The translations under genes and the position numbers were made by a program. A DNA stretch of 64,000 nucleotides, from contig NC_043006.1 of NCBI RefSeq assembly GCF_006345805.1, positions 66,898,001 through 66,962,000 on the forward strand, given 5' to 3'. Each line of letters opens with the position of its first letter. Within the stretch, counting starts at the first letter, position 1. Source of the DNA: Octopus sinensis. Its lineage: Eukaryota. The notes under the pieces were generated by a model. That model saw nothing but the letters and a program-made list of their open reading frames with translations. It made no database searches and was not told the origin of the DNA. Of this stretch, positions 11,096 through 24,473 are shown in pieces.

Positions 11096-11357
11096 TGTAA
11101 AGTATAGAAGCCATCTTATCATGGCTAACCACATTGGAGAGGGGGTGTTACTGTAGCTTTATAGCCCCAAGAGACCGTCGTCTCTAGCTGGCTTTAGACA
11201 CAATATCAGTGCCCTTGGAGTATTTGCAAATACTCCAAGGGTACTGATATTGTGTCTAAAGCCAACTAGAGACGACGATCTCTTGGGGTTATAAAGCTAC
11301 AGTAACACCCCCTCCCCAATGTGGTTAGCCATGATAAGATGGCTTCTATACTTTACA
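11096..11357. repeat. 262-bp spacerless palindrome
   Basis: 131-bp arms centred between 11226 and 11227 (ggagtatttg|caaatactcc); five mismatches, all transitions. Confidence 0.97.
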
Positions 11358-11439
11358 TTATCGAACGATGACTGTTTCAATCTCATTCTGAGATTTAATT
11401 ATGCTTACTATTATTACACCCTTGCAATCAAGATGACTA

Positions 11440-12225
11440 GCACCGTGACCACCACTACATAATCACAACCTTCCCCAACAGCAAACCACCCCCCAAATCA
11501 AAACTACCACACTCTCGTCGTCTCCCATATCACTATCAGTAGAGCGTTTGCCATTTTTGTCATCACTAACCTAGGCACCATCCCTCTCCCACCATCACCA
11601 TCACTATCGCTACCAACGCCTCTTCGTCATCACGTGCTTCATCATCACTAAACCACACACTCGCCACCATCATAAATCCACCAACGACCCATCAGCGCAC
11701 CACGCTTTCACTTCCACTTACACCCCCCACCACAACCAACACCAGCTCTTCCAGCTGTACCGTCAATACTACCATCGCCACCACCACCACCACCACCATT
11801 AACTACGACCACCACCACTACCACCACCATTAACTACGACGACCAACACTATTACTATCACCACCATTAACACCAAAACTACCACCACCACAACTACAAC
11901 CACCACAACTACCACCACCACTATTAACACCACCACTACCACCACCACAACAAACATTTCTATCACCATCACCAACAACATCACCCCCACCACCAAAAAC
12001 AAAAACACCACCACCAACAACAACAACAACACCATACTACCAACCCCACTACCAATATCATTACCACCACCAACATTACTACCACACCAACACAACCAAT
12101 ACCACTCCTACCAATGCCACCACCAAAACTACCAACACCACTACCACCACCTACACCACCACCACCACCACCAACATCACCACCATCGTCACCGCCACCG
12201 CTACCGCCACCGCCGCCTCTTCAAC
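11440..12225. repeat. Degenerate (ACC/CCA)n low-complexity tract
   Basis: Directly visible; yields the poly-V and poly-P ORF artefacts. Confidence 0.85.
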
Positions 12226-12891
12226 AGTGGGCGTCCCTTATTGTGAAGAATGAGGAAATTAAAAATTCTTCAAGGAATTTACTCAGTTCGTGCCACAGTA
12301 TAAGAGATTTATTGAAACTAGTCTGTTTAGTATCTTCTAAGTAGCTGCTACTACTGCTACTACTGCTACTACTACTACTACTACTATCACTACTGCTGCT
12401 GCTGTTACTTTCACTCCAATAATCATCTCACCCTCCTCCTCCTTCTCCTCCCCCTATTCTATATACCACCATCATAACCACCACCTGTTATAGATGTCAA
12501 GTCGTGGATATAACATCATATCCGATGTCATCGCTCCTAATATTTCACTGTCTCCTATCATCTCGCTATCTTTTACTCTTTTTCTCTCTCTCTCTCTTCT
12601 CGCCCTTTCTCTCCCTGCATCTCTACTTCTATCTCTCTCTTCCCCTTCCTACCACATCACATGTTTCTTTCCTTTTCCCTGTCTATCTCAACAATCAAAT
12701 TAAAATTCGTGCTCAGATTTGTGCTAGAACGTGCAAAATGTCTTTGTTGTGTACATACATATGTGTGTACATCTATATGTGTGCGTTTCTGTGTATGCCT
12801 CAGTATGTATGTATGTGCGCGCGTGTGTGTATGTGTGTATACAGCAAGGCATATGTATGCGTGAGTGTTTACTATAGCTGTATATACGCTG

Positions 12892-12932
<41 letters not shown>

Positions 12933-13443
12933 GTATACACACATATACACGTATGTGTCCTATATATTATGTATAAATGCATCTACATATATGGATGTGT
13001 CCAAAGAGTCATACACAAACACACACTCATACACGCACGTACACACACAGGCAGAACATTGAAAGAATCATTAGCGACTCGAATAACAAACCCCGATGTC
13101 CGTGTTCGAGTACAGCTTAGATAAAATTTGCCTTTTATCTTCTCGAGATCATTAAAAATTTTACAAAGGGAGTAGCAGCTGAGACCGATGAATTGGTATA
13201 ATGCTGGTTCTGATCCGGTTCTCTTAGTTCTGATGCTAACACCTGAGACGGAATGGTGCCAATCTTTATTTTGCCATAATCCTTCACTTGACATAAATGG
13301 CGTGAAGGAGGTTTGTGTACGCAAGAGCAACTGAAGCTCTTTCGCTCTCCGCCGAGAAAATTTTTCAGGCTTGTGTCTTGAAGGGGAACTGCTAAGTAAG
13401 GTGTCGATCTTCAGACCACCTGCAAATTTAACTAGGGTTTATA

Positions 13444-13486
<43 letters not shown>

Positions 13487-13530
13487 GTGTGTCAAAGGTT
13501 TTATATATAAATATATATATATATATATAT

Positions 13531-13723
13531 ACGGAGATGTACTCGCATAGCAAGTGATTGATCTGAGATCGTTTGCTGGACCGAAACGATTGCAGCGTGG
13601 AAGGTGTTTGTAAGCCATTTAAACGACGAAAATATTTTGACAAATTAAACTTAAACGTTGAAGTGAATCGAACGGCTTTTGTGTGTTTCTTAAATGGCTT
13701 ACAAACACCTTCCACGCTGCAAT
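13531..13723. mobile_element. Family B repeat with an internal inversion (34-bp perfect inverted arms)
   Basis: 13589-13622 is the exact reverse complement of 13690-13723. The spacer holds the 3' half of the family B hammerhead (cgac gaaaatattt tgacaaa). (TA)-rich sequence lies on both sides. Confidence 0.75.
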
Positions 13724-14074
13724 TATATATATAATTTTACAAACTATGACCCCTGTGGACTTCATACCTTTCTTGGAAGTGTTGGCTATTCTTAGCTACA
13801 ATAGAGACAACATAGATATCTTTAATCTTTTTGCTCTGTTAAAGTATTTGAGAAAAAATATTAATGTGGCTAACTGATTAAAATTCTATTTGTGCAGCTG
13901 ATGACAGCTCTGCATTTAAATTGATGTAGTAATTGGATTGTTTAATTACACGGAGCCGCTTGAAAAGGTCGTGCCGTATCACTTCTTGATGTTCTTTTGC
14001 TCACGCGCACACACACACAAACACACACACAAACATATACATACGTACATATATATATATATATTTTTTTTTTT

Positions 14075-14452
14075 AGTTTCAGTCATTTGACTGCGGCCAT
14101 GCTGGAGCACCGCCTTTAATCGAGCAACTCGACCCGGGACTTATTCTTTTGTAAGCCCAGTACTTATTCTATCGGTCTCTTTTGCTGAACCGCTAAGTAA
14201 CGGGGACATAAACACACCAGCATCGGTTGTCAAGCAATGCTAGGGGGACAAACACAGACTCATAAACACACACACGGATATATATATATACATACATACG
14301 ACGGGCTTCCTTCAGTTTCCGTCTACCAAATCCACTCACAAGGCTTTGGTCGGCCCGAGGCTATAGCAGAAGACACCTGCCCAAGGTGCCACGCAGTGGG
14401 ACTGAACCCGGAACCATGTGGTTGATAAACAAGCTACTTACCACACAGCCAC
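14075..14452 (-). mobile_element. tRNA-headed SINE, family S2, near full length
   Basis: Head gtggctgtgtggtaag...ttccgggttcagtccc, core accttgggcaggtgtc, an internal microsatellite, and tail ggcggtgctccagcatggccgcag. Confidence 0.85.
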
Positions 14453-14499
14453 ATATATATGTACACATACGTACATATATATTTGAGTGTGTATTATAG

Positions 14500-14565
<66 letters not shown>

Positions 14566-15080
14566 GCAAACAGATAGATAGACTAATGCATCAGTACACA
14601 TATCACAGACAGTCTCCTATATAAACATGTGTGCGCGTGGGCAGGCATTTAAGAACAAACTAGGAAGTAGTATCTCTTTGAATAACGCTCTTTTAATAGA
14701 AATCAGCAGCCTGGTACCGTATGTCTCAGGCAAATACTTTCGCAGTTGTTGATTAATTAAAGTAGGTCTTCTCTGAATCTATCCATTTCTTGAATGACTG
14801 GAATATTTTTGGAAGAACTTAAAGTGAAACTATTTTCAGTTAAATTACTGGACATAAATGCTTCTTAACACGTTTTATTTCTTCTCGATAAGCTTCCTAT
14901 ATGCAGCTCAATGGGTTGTTCACTTTTCCCTTGACTTGGTTTAAATGTCCGACTTTTGTTAATCAGATAACGTTTTGAGAGCAATGATTGCTTCTTCACG
15001 AATCGGCCACGAGAGAGTATTTGCAGATTTAGTCTCAAACATGAAAAACATATTACGCAGCCCCATAAACAAGAATGTAC

Positions 15081-15429
15081 AGGCGTAGGAGTGGTTGTGT
15101 GGTAAGTGGCTTGCTTACGAACCACATGGTTCCGGGTTCAGTCCTACTGTGTGGCTCCTTGGGCAAGTGTCTTCTACTATAGCCTCGGGCCGACCATAGC
15201 CTTGTGAGTGGATTTGGTAGACGGAAACTGAAAGAAGCCCGTCGTATATATGTATATATATATATGTATGTGTATGTTTGTTTGTCTGTGTTTGTCCCCC
15301 CAACATCGCTTGACAACCGGTTTTGGTGTGTTTACGTCCCCGTAACTTAGCTGTTCGGCAAAAGAGACCGATAGAATAAGTACTAGGCTTACAAAGAATA
15401 AGTCCCGGGGTCGGTTTGCTCGACTAAAG
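15081..15429 (+). mobile_element. S2 SINE
   Basis: aggcgtaggagtggttgtgtggtaag ... ctcgactaaag; colinear with 14075-14452. Confidence 0.85.
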
Positions 15430-15457
15430 AACATGTATTAATAGATAGATTATAGAT

Positions 15458-15544
<87 letters not shown>

Positions 15545-15749
15545 GGATGGATGGATAAATAGATAGACAGATAGATAGAAAGATAGATACAGACAGCCCG
15601 ACAGACAGTGATATAGATAGATTCATTTATTTATTAATATAAATGCATTTGTATGTGCGTAAGAATGTATGTATATATGTGTGTATACATATATGTATTT
15701 ATGTATGCATGCTTGTATGTATGTATGAATCTATGTAAATATGTATGTA

Positions 15750-16172
15750 TTCTTTTCTAATCTAGGCACAAGTCCTGAAATTTTGGGGGAGGCTGGCAGT
15801 GGATTAGGTTCATCCCACTACGCAACTGGAAATTAATTTATCGACCCCGAAAGGCAAATTTGATCTCGGCGAATTTCAACCTCAGAACGTAAATACAGAC
15901 AAAATACCGCTAAATATTTCGCCCGGCGTGCCGACGTTTCTTATTTTTTTATTGCCCACAAGGGGCTAAACATAGAAGGGACAAACAAGGACAGACAAAG
16001 AGATTAAGCCGATTACATCGACCCCAGTGCGTAAGTGGTATTTCATTTATCAACCCCGATAGGATGAAAGGCAATGTGGACCTCAGCGGAATTTGAACTC
16101 AGAACATAACGGCAGACGAAATACCGCTCAGCATTTCGCACAACGTGCTAACGTTTCTGCCAGCTCGTCCCC
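15750..16172 (-). mobile_element. S1 SINE pair (long-tail copy followed by short-tail copy)
   Basis: Two S1 bodies head-to-tail; junction at about 15943. Confidence 0.8.
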
Positions 16173-16499
16173 TTCACATATGTGTTAACATAGAAATGTA
16201 TTGTATGTATGTATTAAAATAGAAATACAAAGGCTAACAGTTTTGCTGAGGGACAAGAGAAGCGCAAGCCGTTACAACTTACCTACACCGAGAATTCCGT
16301 GAATGAATGAAGGCAATGGGGCTAAATTGCTGCACGGTTTAGCTAAACGCAAAACTTCATGTTAAACAAGAGATCTTCTTAACACAGCCATGGATAGACA
16401 CATACTACACGTATGGCCATGCTGGATCAGTGCCATGCCTCTGCCTATATCTATACTTTATCGGCGTCTTGTATCTTTTATTTTGTTTTATATTATATT

Positions 16500-17075
16500 A
16501 TTCTTACTTGTTTCAAGCATTAAACTGCAGCCATACTGGGGCACCGCCTTGAACAATTTGTAGTCATACGAATCGACAATGGTTTCTTTTTATCGCCTGC
16601 TGAGCCTCAGCTCCGGCTAACAGTACCCAGTATGGGCCCCTATCTAGGGTTACGGAAAGGAGACAACCTTCAAAGAAATCCGGAGTGGAGCCCCATCGGC
16701 GGTTTAGCGTTCGTCTTGACACTCTTCCGGCAGCTCCTGTAACCAAGCTGGTGACAAATGTAATGCTCTGCACGCCTTTAGACTACGTCAGCAAGGTCGA
16801 GAGAGGAATCCTGACGATTAGGATACCCAGGATTTTCTTACATCTAGCCCAGGCCTGCACAAATTTGGAGAGGAAACTAGAGAGAACATGGAATGTAAAA
16901 ATCAGACTCGATTAGTTTATGCACAACTCCATTGTCTCCTGAGACAAAAGGATGCCAACAAAAAAAAACGTATTTATATCGGTCTCTTTTGCAGAAGCGC
17001 TAAGTTACGGGGATGTAAACACACCAACATCGGTTGTCAAAAGGTGATTATGGACAAACACAGAGACACGAAGAC

Positions 17076-17109
<34 letters not shown>

Positions 17110-17320
17110 TTGTCTATGTGTGTGTATGTCTGTATGCTTCTATGTGTGTGTGTTTATATATATACATACAATGGGCTTCTTTCAGTTTCCGTCCACCGAA
17201 TACACTCATAATGCTTTCGATAGCCTAAGTGTATAGTAGAAGGCCCTTGCCACGCAGTCGGAATGACTCTGGAAACATGTGGTTGGAATAAAAGCTTCTT
17301 ACATCACAGCCACGCCGGCG
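16500..17320 (-). mobile_element. S2 SINE interrupted by a roughly 380-bp insert
   Basis: S2 tail at 16500-16560; S2 body and head at 16970-17320. Confidence 0.7.
16580..16960 (+). mobile_element. Possible RTE-type LINE 5' region fragment
   Basis: gaaatccggagtggagcccc..ggcggtt resembles remembered RTE 5' UTRs; unverified. Confidence 0.3.
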
Positions 17321-17324
17321 CCTA

Positions 17325-17360
<36 letters not shown>

Positions 17361-17814
17361 AAATACGGTTAGAGATAGAAACACTCACAACTTTATCATC
17401 AACTCCAAACGATATTAACTCAAACAAGCCATTAAATGTTAAACAACATACTTACTATTTATATTCATAATATCCAAATTTTCATATTATGGAATACACG
17501 TGTTTCGTAAGGGTACGTATGGTATTGTTAAGACACAACATCTCATTTCAAAACTCATTATGTTAACGCACTCCTAATCGTCAGGTCTAATTTCCCCACA
17601 TTTATAAATATAACTACTCTTTATATATCACAATGTTTGTCATACTAAATTACAAATATATAAGTATAAATAAGTAAATAAATAACTTCATGAACCTTAT
17701 AAATTTAAGACATAAAAATTTAAGGAATGAAAACGGATATGAAATACGGCTAAAAATACGAATGAAAAAATGAAAAAAAATGAAATTTTGAATGAATATA
17801 TATACATATATATA

Positions 17815-17861
<47 letters not shown>

Positions 17862-17898
17862 ATATATATACATATATATATATGTATGTATATATAAA

Positions 17899-18015
17899 TG
17901 GCCTGCTCGCTTAGCCAGCGGGGTGGCGTCATGAAGGCTAAGACAATGCGAAGCGCATTGTGACCAGCGATGTGTACAACATCTGATAGCCTGGTCAGTC
18001 ACGGTGATCACGGTG

Positions 18016-18016
<1 letters not shown>
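17899..18016 (+). mobile_element. SINE 3' tail only (S3 tail type a)
   Basis: Matches 30529-30646 and ends cacggtgatcacggtgat; inserted in (TA)n. Confidence 0.75.
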
Positions 18017-18049
<33 letters not shown>

Positions 18050-18212
18050 TATATACATATATGTATGAATATATAATACATACACACACACACACCATAT
18101 ATATATATATATATATATATACAGATAGATAGATAGATAGTATATATATATATGTTATATATATATTATATATATGTATTATATATATACATATATGTAT
18201 ATATATATATGT

Positions 18213-18246
<34 letters not shown>

Positions 18247-18306
18247 TATATATATACAATATATTTCTTTTTACTTATTTGTTGAGATTCTCGGGGTACT
18301 TTTGTG

Positions 18307-18345
<39 letters not shown>

Positions 18346-18360
18346 TTTACTTTGCTTCCA

Positions 18361-18473
18361 GAGCGGAAACAATATTATCTGGCTGATAACTGATGAGGAG
18401 TTGGTGATCTTGTTTCTTATGTTCGTCTCTGTATTCAGTACGTTGTCGTTTGTTTATTTACTACGCGTATTTT

Positions 18474-18475
<2 letters not shown>
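18361..18475 (+). mobile_element. Family D-like repeat
   Basis: GAAAC aata ttatc-tggct-gataa CTGATGA ggag, followed by a T-rich tail like the other D copies. Confidence 0.4.
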
Positions 18476-18525
<50 letters not shown>

Positions 18526-19100
18526 ACGTATTTCAAATTTTGCTTTTATTTCTTCTTTGTATTTAATAGTGATATATATGTATCAAAGAAAAGGAAAGCA
18601 AAACCAAGGCAGGACGTGTATCTGAAGAAATTTAAAATATTTAATCTGATGACGAAATACCCAGTGTATGAGGATGTTGGCCCATCAATTGGGATATCCC
18701 AGAAACAGCTGTAAGACATTAATAACTTCTACTTCTCTATTTTTGATTCATCTTACTACAATTTAATATTCTAAATGATCTGAGTTACTCACGCTGACTT
18801 AGTGTTGTTCCCCTTTTCCTTGAATATATAACAGTTGACTAGGAAACTACTACGAATTCCTAATTCAGCCTCAGCTGTGAACTTGGAACCTAACCGATAT
18901 TCAATTATAGTAATTACGCATCGTACATATTGGTTTAGATCATCAGTAAACTAAACCCCACATATATATGTGTGTGTGTATGTGTGTGTGTCTGTCTGTC
19001 TGTGTGTATGTATGCATATATATCTATATACGCATATGTAAGTATATATATGTATATGTATGTATATATATATATGTATATGTAGATATGCATGTATGTA

Positions 19101-19167
<67 letters not shown>

Positions 19168-19180
19168 ATATATGTATATA

Positions 19181-19227
<47 letters not shown>

Positions 19228-20884
19228 ATATATATATATATAATTTGTTTCAGGAAACGTTGAATGATTAACTGTTATATTTCCCCAAACTTTCTAAAGT
19301 GTCAACATTATTCAACGTAATTGTATTTTTGCCCAAATTTTATTATACTGAACGATTTGAATTTTTTTTTATCAAACTGAATGGTTTGTAGCTTTAGGAA
19401 AAAAAATTACCTATTATAATGAATGATTTGTAAGTTTGTTTTTATTTTAAATGAAAGGTTTGTAGCTTTGAACTAGTATATTAATGAGGATATCTATAAT
19501 ATTTCAGTGGATTAATTTATATATTTAGTACCATAAAGTATATTTGTCTTCGGTGTAAACTATATCATTATTTTCGCAGTTAAATTTATGATATAAATTT
19601 TAATTATGCTATCATCTTTATATAAAATTATTATAAATATATAAATTTTATTTAATAATAATAACATGAATAATTCTATAAAATGCCCTATCGTGATTAA
19701 AATCATTTCTATCATAAGTACGTATTTCCGGTTATTTTTCCGTAAGCAATGAATATATAAATATATAACCATTGATTTGCGGTGGGATTTTTTTACTTGT
19801 TATTTACTTAGGATAACGTTTACATTAGTACGAATAAATAGATTAGAATAATTATTTTATATAATTATATGTTTTTGAATAATTATGCATATATGAATAT
19901 TTCTTGTAAACCCTATAATATTTAATATATATCATCATATTCGAACTTGTATACACATAAAAATTATAGAATGGTAAAACTATTGGCTTAATCTAATTTG
20001 TTTCCTTCTATAAAACTAAATAAAATTCTGATACTTTATTTATTTATATATTATTATCATTTTTATGTAAGAAATAGCATAGTTTATAACAAACGTAGCT
20101 TTATACATTTGTTTAACATCGGCGTATTTAGTAGAAGTTTTCGAGTGAATGCATCGTTGATTAAAAAAACTTTTAATGAATTTAGTGTATGAATAAAATA
20201 TATCCTTATTTTTTTTTTTCATCATAGCTTTTCGTATTTGTAAATAAAATATAATCCCTACTTCACGATAATTTCTTAACATACTATACAGATATTATTA
20301 AATAATAAAAATTGGCAGTGATTATTTTCGTTTAAAATAACTTTAGATTAATATCGTTTTCTTTACTGAAGTATTTTATGTATTTGAATTTTCTTTTTAT
20401 AATATTTATTATATTTTTCAACTGTTAACACTTACGCTTGTAATCATAGGTATATTTTATATCAGTCTCTTTTATGATTTAGCAATACTCGCATGCAATT
20501 TTTGTCTGCTTTGTGAATAAATATTACTCTGAGGAGGCTCATATCCATAAATGTGACTTTTATAAATTCACTAGTGGATATGAATCGAAACAAATTGTTG
20601 GATTTATATTAGTTTTAATTATTTGTTATATTATATTATATCCTTTTATAGAATAATGATATTATATTATAATGTAAATACATTTTTGATATGTCAATTG
20701 TATTTCCCCACTTCCTTAAATATTTGTACGTATATATACATATACTTATATATATGTATATATATATATATGTATGCATATATATTTATATGCATATATA
20801 TATATATGTATATATGTATGTATATGTATGTATATACATATATGTGTCTATTTGTATATTTCTGTATATATATATGTATATATG

Positions 20885-20943
<59 letters not shown>

Positions 20944-21029
20944 ATATATATGTATATATATATATATATATTATATATATATATATATATATAATATATA
21001 TATATATATAATATATATATATATATTAT

Positions 21030-21181
21030 AGGCTTAGGAGTGGCTGTGTGGTAAGTAGCTTGCTTATCAACCACATGGTACCAGATTCAGTCCCACTGCC
21101 TGTCACCTTGGGTGAATGTCTTCAACTATAATCTCGGGCCCACCAAAGCCTTGTGAGTGAATTTGGTAGACGGAAACTGAA
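21030..21181 (+). mobile_element. S2 SINE 5' half
   Basis: ggagtggctgtgtggtaagtagcttgctt ... gacggaaactga. Confidence 0.8.
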
Positions 21182-21415
21182 ATATAAATTAGAGAAAAAC
21201 CAGCATTATATAATTCAAACAATAATAGACGTAAATCATACCATATAGAAAAAAATAATATATTTATAATAAAACATTTACCTAGATCACAATAAAGTAC
21301 ACAATAATAAATTGTATATTGTGAAATTTGATTTAATACTAAACTGAATTTTTTCCTTGAAAGTTTAGAGTTATTCTCCCTATTATTATTGTTATTATTA
21401 TTATTATTATTATTA

Positions 21416-21454
<39 letters not shown>

Positions 21455-21567
21455 TATTAAATACACCCGAGTAAGCACATAAACGTGAAGCTAGGTAGGA
21501 AAAATAACTCTCGGATACCGGAAGTTCGAAAAATTTCTTTGTTATTAAAGCCGCAAAAAACATAAAA

Positions 21568-21609
21568 ATCTGCTACCCCGGGCTTCACGTTCCCGTTCAT
21601 CGAGTAGTT
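21568..21609 (-). ncRNA. Degenerate hammerhead-like motif (family C)
   Basis: Minus strand: aactac TCGATGA acg-ggaa-cgt GAAGC ccggg GTA gcagat. Confidence 0.45.
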
Positions 21610-21894
21610 GTGATTCAGAATGGAATAAAAAATTGAGGTTGTGCGTATAGAGTACATTAACATATGCACATTTGATTTTCATTAGCTCTTTCCACTAAGG
21701 TTTTTTTCGAAGTATGCAAGTTGAGACGGTAAATATAGAAATATAAAATATAAAATAAAAATAAAAAATAAGAATTAATAGTGTATGTATGTGTGTATGC
21801 ATGTATGCCTTTGTGCAGGTATACGTATATTTATGTATATGCACGTGTTAATGCATTCATGTGAATATATGCACATGTATTTCGTATATATAAG

Positions 21895-24269
21895 TATATA
21901 GTTTTTTTATACGTCTCCTTTTATATGTATGTGTGTGTATGCATCGCTTATATAAAAGGAAATCCGTTATTGTTTTAGTTATATCTACGAGCTTTCTCAA
22001 CCAAACGAGTTAAAATTTTTTTTTTAATATTTTAAGATAAACTTACATTTATATTAATTATTTCTTTACCAATAATTAATTTACTCTGGACGTGGATGAT
22101 TTTTTTTTTAACTTATAATTTCTTTTTGCCTTTAGGTTTTCTTCGATTCTATATAACACGATATTAAATGCAATTTTATTTTTATCTTTATTTTCCATTT
22201 TTATTTTATCTTATTTTATGTTTTCTATTTTCTGTTTGTGTATTTACTGTCTCAACTTGATACTTTTGAAAGAACGTTAGTGGAAACAACCAATCAAAAT
22301 CAATTGTTTATTTCTCAATGAGAATCACATCAAAATATACATTATTCGTACAACCTCAATTTCTATTCCATTCTGAAGATCCTACACAAAGGAATAAGAG
22401 AAGATAAACAAAGAGAAGTTTTTTTTAAACTTGTGGATTTAAAAAAAACAGGGTGAGCTGGCAGAATCATTAAAACGTCAGGCAAAAATGCTTAGCAGTA
22501 TTTCTTTTATAGGCGTAGGAATGGCTGTTTGGTAAGTACGTAGCTTACCTACTTTCCATGAGTCCCTGTTGTCAGTGTGCGCATGTGTCATTGTGTTGTG
22601 CACTGAAGAAGATAGCCGGCAGTGTTTAGCCTGCCAAAAGAAGCTATTGCATGGTAAGACTTTTCTCTTGGAAAGTGAGGGTCGTTGTCCGCGATTATAT
22701 GTTTTACAAACAGGGAATCCTCACTGGATTCAAGATGTTGGTCTACTTGCGGTTCAGCAACATGGTCCATAATAAATGAAAATTTATATTCATTGTGAGA
22801 AGTAGTTTGGTGGGCGTTATCCTTCAACCAAAAATTGTTCACTTTTTAACAGTGTATGTTCTTACAACATTTACCAATATTGGAAAACTATATTTCAAGT
22901 GTTCACATGAAGTGAAAATTTGTTCTTATTGTGAGAAATATAGTTTGGTAACGTATCCTGCCACCAAAAGTCGTTTGCTGTTTGTAAATAGTGTGTATTT
23001 TACAACTACGTTGGAAAGCTGTAATTCACGTTGGTCAGTTCACGTTCAAACTGGAGTACCATAAGGCTTGGAGTACCTAAGTGCCCAGAACATTTTTTGC
23101 TGTCTTTGTTTTTAACTGTTGTTTTCTACTTCTATTGTGACTTTTTCTTTAACTGTTTGCTATTTTTTCTTCACATTTGTTTCCTTTTAAATTCTCTCTT
23201 TTCTTTTTTGTGAACTATTGTTTTGGACTTTTTTATTTTTTAATTTAAAAAATGGCAAAAAAAAATGCGGATAAGATTGTAGAGTGGGAGATTGTCCCTC
23301 CTAAGGAGTAGCTAAGACAGCAAAAGGAAATAATGGTGGTGTTGAGAACGTATTCGAAGGTTCTCGATAACATTACCGTCTTCTCCAAGCAGATGATAGA
23401 GCAGGAGTTGGCGGGACATCTGCCATATCAAAAAGTTGCTTTTTTTCTATGAAAATCCCTATTTCTTACGATTTTTTTACTGCTGTGTCGCCATTTTTCG
23501 GTGTATTTCAACCAGAAAAATGTTCACTTAAAGAGAAGAACAAGCTACATAATGCAACATTTTTACGTTTCAAAAATTCCAGTTCTAAAGGAAACAGACC
23601 GGAGCAATGCAGGGCAATACTGCTAGTATAAATATATAGTTTTTTATACGTCTCCTTTTATATGTATGTGTGTATGCGTTGCTTATATAAAATGAAATCC
23701 ATTTTTAAAAATTATATCTACGAGCTTACTCAAACAAACGCGTTAAAAGTTTTTTAAAAAATATTTAAAGACAAAATTACCTCTATATTAATTATTTCTT
23801 TACCATTAATAAATTTACTCTGGACATGAATGATTTCTTTTTCAAATTAAAATTTCTTTTTGTCTCAAGGTTTTCTTCGATTTTATACAACACGATATTA
23901 ACGCAATTTTATTTTTATTTTCCATTTTATTTTTATTTTATTTTCTATTTTCTATTTGTGTATTTTCTGTCTTAGTCTGATACTTTTGAAAGAACGTTAG
24001 TGGAAACAACCAATCAAAATCAATCGTGTATTTGTCAATGTGAATCACATCAAAATATACATTATTCGTACAACCTCAATTTCTATTTCATTCTGAAGAT
24101 CCTACGCTCTTCAATACAAAGGAATAAGCGAAAATAAACAGAGAGAAAAATTTTTTTCAAACTTGTACATTTAAAAAAGAAGGGTGAGCTGGCAGAATCA
24201 TTAAAACGTCAGGCAAAAATGCCTACCAGAATTTCTTTCATAGGCGTAGGATTGCCTCTGTGGTAAGTA
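21895..24269 (+). repeat. Diverged local direct duplication of about 640 bp (21895-22538 and 23633-24269)
   Basis: Colinear AT-rich segments that share the same truncated S1 head / S2 head junction; start offset 1738 bp. Confidence 0.9.
23598..23628 (-). mobile_element. Helentron/HINE-like 5' terminus (element may extend left to about 22550)
   Basis: Reverse complement tactagcagtattgccctgcattgctccggt matches 61764-61794 at 27 of 31 positions. Confidence 0.55.
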
Positions 24270-24404
24270 GCTTGCTTACGAACCACATGGTTCCGGGTTC
24301 AGTCCGACTTCGTGTCACCTTGGGTAAGTGTCTTCTAATATAGCCTCGGGCCGACCAAAGCTTTATCAGTGGATTTGGAAGACGGAATCTGAAAGAAGCC
24401 CGTC

Positions 24405-24473
<69 letters not shown>

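Noticed and set aside
18646-18665. Other CTGANGA hits (18646, 9898, 22373, 37740, about 44175 minus, about 62450 minus)
   Set aside because: They lack stem II, an in-register GAAA, or stem I, or they lie inside SINE/LINE sequence where they are incidental.
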